Shown in pieces: positions 13,825 to 24,500 of a DNA stretch of 53,060 bases. The DNA is taken from positions 9,841-62,900 of the forward strand of contig NMRA01000745.1 in NCBI GenBank assembly GCA_002633005.1, given 5' to 3'. Numbering within the stretch: the first letter of the stretch is position 1; every line of letters begins with the position of its first letter. A program made the translations under genes and the position numbers. The notes under the pieces are model-generated. The model was not told the origin of the DNA, did no database searches, and saw only the letters and a program-made list of their open reading frames with translations. The DNA is from Phoronis australis (Eukaryota > Animalia > Phoronida).

Positions 13825-14177
13825 TTCGGAAGAAAAAACGTGAAACTGTTGCTCAAGCATTTTCTTTGTTTCCAATTTTTTCCAATATACACAACGGCAC
13901 AAACGATCGTAAGCAACTCCCGCACACGCGCGTCACAACTCCAGGGGCTGAGAGAGGAGTTGGTCCTCCAGGGCTAGAGTTTTACGGTTTAAAGAGGCAG
14001 CCAGTGCCGCTTCCCATAGTGATGGCACAAACTAACAGTGCAAACATTTGTTTGCGATGTTGCAATATTCATAATCATGGTGAGAGTACAAAGACATCAT
14101 TGACCTGACTGATCTGATTATACATTAAATCGCATAAACACTGAGCTTTTTGGTAATATTGGTCGTAAATTGACGTA

Positions 14178-15830
14178 CTAATAGAATTCCAGCAGTTTAG
14201 CCCCATCCTTTGAACGAACAATGCGTCCATACGANNNNNNNNNNNNNNNNNNNNNNNNNNNNNNNNNNNNNNNNNNNNNNNNNNNNNNNNNNNNNNNNNN
14301 NNNNNNNNNNNNNNNNNNNNNNNNNNNNNNNNNNNNNNNNNNNNNNNNNNNNNNNNNNNNNNNNNNNNNNNNNNNNNNNNNNNNNNNNNNNNNNNNNNNN
14401 NNNNNNNNNNNNNNNNNNNNNNNNNNNNNNNNNNNNNNNNNNNNNNNNNNNNNNNNNNNNNNNNNNNNNNNNNNNNNNNNNNNNNNNNNNNNNNNNNNNN
14501 NNNNNNNNNNNNNNNNNNNNNNNNNNNNNNNNNNNNNNNNNNNNNNNNNNNNNNNNNNNNNNNNNNNNNNNNNNNNNNNNNNNNNNNNNNNNNNNNNNNN
14601 NNNNNNNNNNNNNNNNNNNNNNNNNNNNNNNNNNNNNNNNNNNNNNNNNNNNNNNNNNNNNNNNNNNNNNNNNNNNNNNNNNNNNNNNNNNNNNNNNNNN
14701 NNNNNNNNNNNNNNNNNNNNNNNNNNNNNNNNNNNNNNNNNNNNNNNNNNNNNNNNNNNNNNNNNNNNNNNNNNNNNNNNNNNNNNNNNNNNNNNNNNNN
14801 NNNNNNNNNNNNNNNNNNNNNNNNNNNNNNNNNNNNNNNNNNNNNNNNNNNNNNNNNNNNNNNNNNNNNNNNNNNNNNNNNNNNNNNNNNNNNNNNNNNN
14901 NNNNNNNNNNNNNNNNNNNNNNATTTTTTTAATTTCTCCTTTGTTTTGTCGTAGCTTACTTTCTAGCCCCCCTATGTTCCATGATCCTATTTTCATTTCT
15001 CTTGTCATTGTTTGCTATTGACTGTCGTCCTCTTCATTTGTATCCGTTCTATCTCTGAAGATGTATCTATCCTCGTTGCAGACAACTTTGTCTATATGAT
15101 CGTCATACAGGTACATTTTCCTGTTGTGATAAAGCTTATCGAATTTTATTGTGGCTTCTATAAAATTATTGTCTCTTGAGAACTGCCATAACTTTGATCT
15201 AGCGATACGAACCTTCTTGCTGAAATCTTCAGCTACCGAGTATTGAGTTTCACTCCTTAATTTTCTTTTGCCTTTTAAGATCTGCATCTTGTCCTTGAAC
15301 GAACTCAACTTTGCGATGATTGGTCGAGGTTTGCTAGGGTTCTTGCGACCAATCCTATGGGCCCGCTCAATCTTTACCTCTGATATGTCGAGGTGGTTAT
15401 TGACTAGTTCCTTTAGTGCAGTTTCCGCTTCTTCCCATGTTTCCGAATTCCTCTCGGGAATGCCGTGAAAAATTAGGTTGTCCCGTCTAGACCTATTCTC
15501 TAAATCATCCACCTTGCTTTCCAAGTGCGCCACCTGTTGTCTCAAACCGACATTTTCCTGTTTCATTTCCTTGCATTGACGACTTAAGGATTCTATTTTA
15601 CCAGACAAATCTTCTCTCATTTTCTCAAATTTTGTATTCATTTGTTCCAGTAGTTCTCTATTCGATATATCAGGTGGGTTACTTTCAGGTTGAGTCATAT
15701 ATGAAGGTAAGGTCCGGTTGCGCAATCCGGTCGCAGGTCCTGCATTAGGTGTGCCTTTACCTCCTGGCATGATTTGCTATTGTTACGTAACCTGTATATA
15801 CACTGTAAACTGAAACAGAGCTCTGACACC
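14178..15830 (-). mobile_element. LINE 5' portion: ORF1 plus start of ORF2 (AP endonuclease), interrupted by an N gap
   Basis: ORF2 begins at 15008 with MTREMKIGSWNIGGL (APE N-terminal SWN motif), 6 nt after the ORF1 stop. Most of ORF2 is in the gap. Boundaries are approximate. Confidence 0.85.
15015..15770 (-). CDS. Non-LTR retrotransposon ORF1 protein (L1 ORF1p-like coiled coil plus RRM)
   Basis: Intact 251 aa ORF with a heptad coiled coil, then LENRSRRDNLIFHGIPE, IERAHRIG and PRPIIAKL motifs typical of LINE ORF1p. Confidence 0.9.
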   Translation of the reverse strand: MPGGKGTPNAGPATGLRNRTLPSYMTQPESNPPDISNRELLEQMNTKFEKMREDLSGKIESLSRQCKEMKQENVGLRQQVAHLESKVDDLENRSRRDNLIFHGIPERNSETWEEAETALKELVNNHLDISEVKIERAHRIGRKNPSKPRPIIAKLSSFKDKMQILKGKRKLRSETQYSVAEDFSKKVRIARSKLWQFSRDNNFIEATIKFDKLYHNRKMYLYDDHIDKVVCNEDRYIFRDRTDTNEEDDSQ

Positions 15831-18647
15831 TCAGTGTAGGTAACCCTATAGCAGGTTATGGAACTGTCTCAAAGTCGGTTTTCACTCAGTCTAATGAAGT
15901 TTGACCAACCTTCAAGCGTTCTGTAGATGTTGAGTATCACCTTCTTCTGACTGAAGTCCACACTTTTACGTATTACCGTAGTAATTTCTGGTTTTAGTAT
16001 GAGCGATGTAGATATGCGTTCACAAAAATAGCGCCACCTATCGCCCCTTCTAAACGTACTTGAAAACGTGCACTTTATCATTTATACATATAATTAAAAA
16101 CATCGAAAAAATTGATAAGGGGGAAGCTTTTGGATGGTTTATTAGTTCACTGGAGTTTAAAATTCAATAAAACAATTTGGCCCAAAATTCCCTTTTTCCA
16201 GTGGCCCCTCTCTGGCAAGGGATAACGGAGACTTCTGTCGTTCTATACTTTTTTCGTTTTTCTGTCGAAGAAATTGTATATCACTTTAGAACAGTTGATG
16301 ACCTGACAGGTAGCATCAATTGCTCCACATTTCCCGATTTTTGAAAATATATATCTATTCATATTTAGGCGTCCATGCTTGGAAGGGGGGGGGGGCATTG
16401 ATGCTATTCAAATGGCCACCCTTTTCGTGTTTTATTGACAAATTCTTAATGGGTCGTTGACGAAGAGAGGGCCCAATGTTGGAATCGATAACCTCTATTT
16501 TTTGAAATCGTACAACCGTTTTGTTGAGGAAAGTTACTTCTTGCAGAGTCACACAATGTTGGAACGATCTATGAGTCATCAAATCTTAATAATGCTTAGC
16601 CAATCATCTTTTAAGATGAAATGCTAAACCTTTAAAAGATGTCCCATTGTAGACAGGGGTTCCAGACCCTCTGTCGGTGGGGCGGTTCGGGGAATTGTTC
16701 CTTTGCCAATCTATACATGTAATTCCGACACTGCCAACTTTTCTCAACAAACAACAAAGATTCTTGCACAGCACCTCAGTTTCAAAACATTCGATAATAC
16801 AACAAAAATGTGAAAAATACTATAGGATTGTCCGCCATCGAAAGGGAGGAATTATAAAGAACGTGAAGACCACTATTTGTGCATTACACACGATGACTAT
16901 ATCCGACTATTAGTGTTAAAATAACATTACTTTTTCCATAATATCATAAGGAGAGTAGTTTCTTTGAAGACAGTTACTAGAAGTTGTTTGTGAAGAAATC
17001 GCATACGTCAAAAGACTGTGGAAGCAACAATTTCTGATCGAACGGGGTATCCAAAGTACTCGAAAACTTAAAGATTTCAGCGTATTTTTGGGTTGAAGCT
17101 TAACGCTTGAGTCGTTATACGTGACACGTAAATAACCAATATAAGCTTTATCCGAATGTCCCATCTCCCATGTCTTTCCGGTTACCCGTCAAAAATCTTC
17201 GAGCTTGCCTGCGGAAATTGCTTATAACCTTTTTATTTTAATTAACAAATTCGTCTGTTTCTAATTTTTCATGTTTACGTATTTACAGAAATCAACAGAT
17301 TTTTAGATGATATTTGACAATTACATGTAGAAGTTGATGAAGTTTCGGTGAGTTTTATTACAGCAAGAAGTTGGAAAAAATCTATAACCCGTCATCAAAT
17401 CATATAGAACACTCTAACAATTTTTGCTTAAATGAAATCACTCTCAGAGACATTGATTAAATTCGGGCAGTCACCAAAAATATACGTACAATTCAAATGA
17501 CAATAAATGCCTTTCTTTTTGACTTAGGTACAGGATTTGTTGTTTAAACCCACAAACAGTCAGCCAAAAAAGACTTAAGTCATCAAATCAAGGTAAACAC
17601 ATTTCTCATTGAATCGATTGTTGATTTCTGATGTTTTTAGTTTCAAGTAGTATTTCGCAATGACTTTTTGTTCATTGAAACCGAATAATTTTCTTGCCAT
17701 TCCTGTGCAACTCACACAGACGACGCACGTTATGACTGATACATCCTCGTCAAAATAAGGTGAAACCATTCAGTAGGCCTGCGCAAAATCTGATTGTTCC
17801 ACAGGAATTTTGAAGCCCAGGCGTTAAAGAAAACACTTAGTACAGCTATCCTTTTCTGCTGCCACCAGGAACTGAGGTTTAAACAAAGGATTATGAAACA
17901 TCCCAAAAGACAGTATACCAGAGACCTTTGGATCTCACTTTTTCAAAGCATTCCTTCACAGGATACCGTAAAAAAAACGAACTTTTCCCGAAACTGGATC
18001 ATAAAAACGAACCCTTACCTTAGGGCCAGCGTAGACGGACAGGTAGTACCGAGCTAAGTTGAATATTTTAAATGAATCAAAGCTGAATTGACCAGAGAGT
18101 AGCTTAGTTCCCTGAATTTCGTATTTTCTCACTGTAAGATCTCAACTACAGTTACTTGAGGGAGCCCCCAGGTACAATTCCCTGACCCTAGGCCCATTTT
18201 TACTTCCCGCCAAACTTTGTTGATTCACGTTTACTCAAATCGTGTTAGCTGCATCCCAGGGATTGTCCCCCCTTACCTATTGCGGACGTTGGGGTTTTGC
18301 TAAATACGACTGGATACGGAGAACGAGGGGATTGAGGGGCAGAGGTGGTGTCGATAAGTGGTTTAAATCAAAAATGCTAGCTGTCGTTGGACAGCGGGTA
18401 CACAAAAGCGGTTTGTTGTATTTCCTTGCATACATGTACCTACTGTACATAGATATAGGTACAATGCATATTTAGACCCATGCGCCTTTATCCAAAATTA
18501 TGTCTTTTGCACAGAAAATTGTTAGCTCAGTCGTTTAGTTTATAGACACTATTGTCATCGGTGTGCAGGTGCAATCCTTGATGTGGCTCCAGGGTCACAC
18601 TGTCGTCCGTACACAAGTTTGTGACGGTTTGACAATACACACAATCC

Positions 18648-19760
18648 TGTAGTAGTAGGTAGTATGTAGTATTTATTTATTATAGTGACAAGTACAATTA
18701 ATTCAAACAGTTATTGGTATAACATTCCTAAGAAAGATAGGTACCCAGCCCAGTTGGTGTTATTAGTCACTTTAACCACACAACTCGGATGTAGGCCTAC
18801 CATAAATGCCTCGGTTTCTAAGTTGAAAAGCAGACTTGATGTATTTGGCAAATTGCCTACGAAAATGCTGAAACAGCAGTTTTAGCGTATCTAATCTTGT
18901 GAAATCTGCAAAGTTCGGTATTTGAAATGAAACATTATTAAACAGAATAGACCTCCGTGAGTTATAAAGAGAACAATCAAACACAAAATCAGGTCATTCT
19001 CCACAGAACCAGAATCACAACACAAACAATGTCTTACACTTACAAGAGTTTTAACATAACGACCAGTTTCCAAGTGCAATGGGAGATTTCCTGCTCTAAG
19101 CTGAGCCAGAAGAGATCGCTCGGAACGAGATAAAATTTAATCTTTACATACAGCTCGGTAAGAAACCCCTGCTTAAATAAAATGTACGTTCTTAACTTGG
19201 GTTTTGTTAAAACAGACTCAGCCCAAGCATGTTTTGAGTTTTCAAATAGTTTGAGTCTAGCATCTACTATGTTACACATGGTCAAATTTTGAAAACAGGT
19301 TTGCATGCCAGTTATGTTAAATTTTTGATTCCGTCTATCCAACCCTTTCTACCAACAGAGTAGTCGCATAGAAATACCTTCTTAAGTAACCTATCACCAC
19401 CTGTGGTTACTAGTTTGTTCCAAAGACGCAGCATATTCAATTTAAACGGGTGGAGTCCCAACCCATATCGCCACTAACAGCATGAGATGCAGTAAATCGG
19501 TTGACCCCCTAAATAAAAACGCATACATGTAGCTCTGTTTTGAATTTGTATTTGTTCTATCTTTAACGACAGTAAGACACATTCTAAGTTAGAGAGTCAA
19601 TGGAAAATGGAGTTACGCGAAAGTTCATATTTTAAAAAGATCTTACGCAGTGCCTCATAAAATTACAATGGATCCCAGCATTAGATGGTTCCAATTTGGA
19701 ATATTACACAGGATTATTGTAACATATACGCTTAAGTCAACATCCAAGTTCGGGATTCTA
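18648..19760 (-). mobile_element. Decayed 5'-truncated LINE (RTE-X-like ORF2 C-terminus)
   Basis: Frameshifted fragments GVNRFT…GDMGW, KPKLRTYILFK and LHLETGRY…RHCLCC. It ends in AATAAA-containing and (TAC)-like tail sequence near 18650-18685. The clade call is from motif memory. Confidence 0.75.
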
Positions 19761-20851
19761 ATTTATTCACGAAGGCAATGAGCTTTTGCTCCCAAAGCAG
19801 GTTGTATGTTCTTAAGGCGCTGTGAAAAATTAGTACTCTACATTTCGCCTGCTTGGCCGAACACCCGACAAATTTATGTTTTAGAAACTAGGTAGAGTCG
19901 CTGCAGAATCTACGTGGCAACGTCATTTTACAACAAGACGTCTCAAGTGGTTATTCGTGTAGTTGTCGCGTTGTCGCATTACGCCCCAAACTTTTGCATC
20001 TATTTATTGACTGTAGGGGCGGATCCAGGATTTTGAGTTTGGGGGACCCAGAGCACGCGAATAACCAAAATTTCGCAACAAGTGCGCGCTTAACCTAAAA
20101 TGTAGGGAAGCAAGGGGCTTGAAATTTTAGGTTTGTGTGCTTTATTACTAAAAAAGGAAAACAAAGAGAACAGGTCAAAAGGAGAAGGTTGACGACTTTC
20201 AAATCAAGTAGTCTACCAGTTTACCACTGGTCGTTCCAGTTTGAAAGTTGTAGGCCAGCAGAGGATAAATCAAACTCCAACGCGAAAACAAAAACACATA
20301 TCATCTGCTCCAACAATTTCAAGATAAGCAACGCCGGAGTTCATATGCACCAACCGTGTGCATCGGGCATGTTTCGGTTTCAACAGTCGTTTGACATCTC
20401 TACTGGACCCGGTTGTGGCTCCGCGAGGTGATCAATCTTTTTTAGTGCGGGCAAATCCCCCCACTATTATCTTTAACGAATAACACAATGAACCCAATAT
20501 CCTTAATGATAAGAATAGTGTTCGACTTCAAGTAATTTTGGTGCCAGCTTACGCTCGCTCAAGGTCTACTCTCCAAGTAGGGGGCCTGGCCGAACGATCA
20601 CTCGGTGTTTACGTAAATTTTACTTATGTAAGGAAATTCGAGAAGTACGAACTACAAGTACCTTTACACGTAGAGTGGTAACGCCTTGTTACACAAAACA
20701 GATACATGTCAATTATTTTCGCTCTTGCTACAACAATTTGGTAAAAAATCCTAGCAACCATAACATTAATAGAAAAAAACAATCAAAGTACTGATTGTTC
20801 AACTGGCAAAACGTATAACATTGTTACAATACGGGTTAGTCTGTATGAGCC

Positions 20852-20974
20852 AGAAAAGGGAGAGAGGAAAGAGGGAGGGGCGAGGGACGGAGAGAGGTAT
20901 CGAGGGCGGGAGAGCGGGCGAGAGAGCGGGAGGGAGAGGTGGGGTAGAAGAGATTCGAGGGAAAGAGAGAGGGA
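20852..20974. repeat. Polypurine GA/G-rich tract
   Basis: Strongly purine-biased on the + strand, with many GGG runs. Confidence 0.85.
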
Positions 20975-21279
20975 TTCCACTGTTCCCTATGCTGATTATG
21001 CGTATATTTATAGGCCAACATAAAGACCCGTAGTTCGTGGAATGTCTCCTATGTACAACTAGATGACGCTCTTTTAATAAATTAGCACAATGACGAATCA
21101 TACTCGGACTGTTACACCTTTTGGACCTGTGCACACTTTCAGTTTGAGGAATTGATAGTTTAAATGAATATTTAATGGAATCATTCTACTGAAAAGCTCG
21201 AAATAACACTCTGATTCTACATCAAATGTGTCAACTTAAACTGATACTGGTTCACGAATTGGAACATTGCGACACTGGC

Positions 21280-21502
21280 TTAATTATCTACGTAGTTCAA
21301 CTCCAGTAGTTCGTCGTAGGTCGGAATCACAATAGGTTTTACTTTAGGCTCAACTGTAAAAGTACCGGGTTTCTTCTCGAAGTCGTAAATTTTGTTGTAT
21401 GTGGGCGGCATAGGGGCCACCTTCCCTCGTGAGTATATGGGTCGTGTTCCTCCTCTTTGATTGGTCCCCTTGTATTTTTGCAGTGGACCCTGATCGCGCT
21501 CT
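21280..21502 (-). CDS. Gene A last coding exon: cytoplasmic tail
   Basis: tttcag| phase 2; [12 protein letters not shown]…[13 protein letters not shown]…[17 protein letters not shown]. Confidence 0.78.
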
Positions 21503-24500
21503 CTGAAACACACAATGCGTGCATCTGCTGTTTACATTAATGTATACTGTTATATACTTTTGGCATTCCATACCCACATGCAATTGGAATATTAGAAATC
21601 AGTGTATCGTAATGGTGATTTCAATTCAAACATAATCGATTCTTAATTTAAAAATATCGTCATAGGCGAATGAAACATTAAGAGTCTAGATTATCCCGAA
21701 AACGTTGTTGAGTACAGCAGGTTAAAGGAGCATGCCGCCCAAAAATCAACCTATTTTGTATCAATTTAGATCGAGTAGTTCTACTCGGTAACGACACGTA
21801 CGGTTGCGTTACCTGACACCTGACGGCAGACGGAGGTGTTGAAATTATCCAATGACGTCATCGGTTTCACACGCAGTTTGTTCAGCAGTTCACAACACGG
21901 GTTACTGGTGTCAGCTTATCGTTTGAAGTCATCGTTTAACATCAATAAATCATCAAACTTCGATGTAAAACCCTTAAATATACACCAAGTTCTTATAAAA
22001 ACGTGTTGTTTTATTTCGCTGTTACGGATTTATTGGTATTTGGACACAGCCTACAAACTTCGGCTGGCCAATAAGGTCCGTAGCAGGAGTTAGGGGTAAG
22101 TTCGGAGATAATTTCGAAGTATTTTCCGTAAGATACAGACAGGAGAACCTAGATCTGTGTTGTTTAGACTTGTGATTTTTTATTTCTAAACATAAAACGT
22201 TTGTTATCCTGGCCAGTGGCCCGATGCCCGATCAGGCCCGTCGCGGCCGGCTGGATTTACTTGTTATCCCGGCCAGTGGCTCGGAAACTGATCAGACATC
22301 ACGAACATAAACAAGCCAAAGTTGGAAACTAAACTTCTAGTCAGGAAAATACTATACCAGTGAGCCAAATTAATGTGCACGTGATTATGTTGGGGAATTA
22401 GCCACGAAACTGCAAATCTACTTACTCGTCGGGGGCCGCGAATTCAGGTTCCGCTTTGGCCACAACCCCGTCAGGGCTGAAGTTGTACATTGACAATCAT
22501 TATTTGAGTAATGTAAAAGGAAATAAAGATCCCCTAACAGCTGGCCGTGGGATGGAAATCGAGTTGCTTCACAACAGTATCTGCCAGCAAGCACTAAATT
22601 AGCATGAGCTCACACGGCCTAGGTGTCCTGTCAATTAGTTATATTGCACATAAAGCCGGTAACGCAAGGATTTATTCATTGCTGGCTTCTCAAATTATTT
22701 GCACTCACGAACACTCCAAAGGCATTACACATTGCATCTAATGAGACAGACTTTGTTTCAGTTTTATATAAGTATTGGTTAGGGTGAGAATAATTCATTT
22801 TGAAACAGAACGCTCAGTAATAAACGCCAACATGGCACGACTCGCAATCCCGACTTAGGCCGAGCTAGAGCTCATCAGTCCCGACTTCGTAGGTGGATCG
22901 TTAAATTTTACAGGGTATCAATTCGAACAGGAATAGTGACGAAAAAATACGAGAGAGGCGCCGTGAACAAGCTCAGACAACGGAACGTTTGGAGTTATTT
23001 GGTAAGCCGGCATTCGTCAGGCACTGTCGACGTCTGCAGACCACAGACACGGAGATGTTTCACGGCCTCATACCTGCTATTTACAGCGTACATTTCATTC
23101 TTCACTGCCATGAGCCACTTTCTAAGCATTTTGGACTCTCGAGGAAGTAAAAAAAAAAAAACGATATACCCGCTTTCCTTGCTGCTGCTTAGTTCGGACA
23201 AGTGGGAACGATGCACCGCAACATAGCGGCATTCACTCTGCATATGAACCACTGACGTCGCTAGCGTCGTTTCTCACCTTCCTCACAGGTTAACGCGACA
23301 CCTCTTGGCAAGGTAAGGTCGACCGTATGCAAGGCGATGTGGATATAGACCGAATAAGATGGCAAAAAATACTATTTGAATTGGGTGGCATTCTCCTTTA
23401 ATAGAATCAAAACTAGAGGCCAAAGCTACCGTGTTTGTACATGTACATGTATGTGGCTGACTAAATTAACAAATTTGAGTTTTCATGTAAACATAGTTTT
23501 GGCAAAGAAAATGCTGTTTAAGCACGAAGCTATAAGCGAAGTGCTAAATCAAGCGTACAACGGATGAAGAATTGTCAGGCATTTCGCTCTGTTCAGGTAT
23601 CTAGACAGACTGACAGCGTTTGCAGTGTTACATGTAGATCAATCAAATTTTGAGCCCGGTTTAATATTATTCTCCGTCATAGGATTATATGGCCTTTACC
23701 AACTCAAGCCATGGGCAATGCATAAGTGCCCTTTTCGATTTAACAATTGTGAGGTTTGCCAGAATCAATGAATTCTAAAGGGTTTTCTTGAATCGCCTTT
23801 GGATTTGACGTTTTATGTTGGCAACGAAATTAGCACCGTATCACTGTAAGGCCTAATTCAAAATTTTCGTTTTATCAACATCTTAACGGGATGAAATTCA
23901 GTTTTGAAATAATCGCTTCGCCTCGTGCCTTACCAAAAGTTACTTATTCTGTGTATGGGTAGGTGCACATGTTCTCATGTCATGTCAGTACGTAGTTACT
24001 ATTTTATCATCGTCACCGTTTGTCAACTTATAAACATTATTATGACGCTCCACGTAACCAGCAATTCTAATCAGCAATGCTGAAGCATAGCCTTCTGTTG
24101 AGATTAATACTCACATGGTTTCCCGTTTTCTCAGAACGAAGTTTATAAATAACAAATTGATCACCAGACCAATTCCCCCCGCAGATATGATGAGCAGATG
24201 CCACCACTTGAGGTCGCTCGCCCCGGGCTCAAAGCCTGTCTTTACTGCCCACATAGTACGTGATCGGTGGAAAGCTTCAAACTCCGCTTCTGCATCGATT
24301 TCACAGAGGTCACCTAAATATAGTGACAGATATCTCGTCAGAGTAAACAGTAACGTCGGATCAACCATGACGCAACAGGGGTGGGCAGCCTTAGTCTGGG
24401 AATGCAGACAACTCCAAAAGATAATATTTCTGTATGAAAACAGGTATGAAAATACGTGCACTTAGGGAGGGTACAGGAATCCAAGCCATTCTTCCTCTTG

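Noticed and set aside
14210-15021. Long plus-strand ORFs (also 2174-2505)
   Set aside because: Open only because they run through N gaps.
15015-19760. The two LINE pieces as one element
   Set aside because: On the minus strand the 3'-end fragment lies upstream of the ORF1-bearing 5' end and is far more decayed, so they are separate insertions.
24115-24465. 116 aa plus-strand ORF
   Set aside because: Antisense shadow of the TM exon of gene A.
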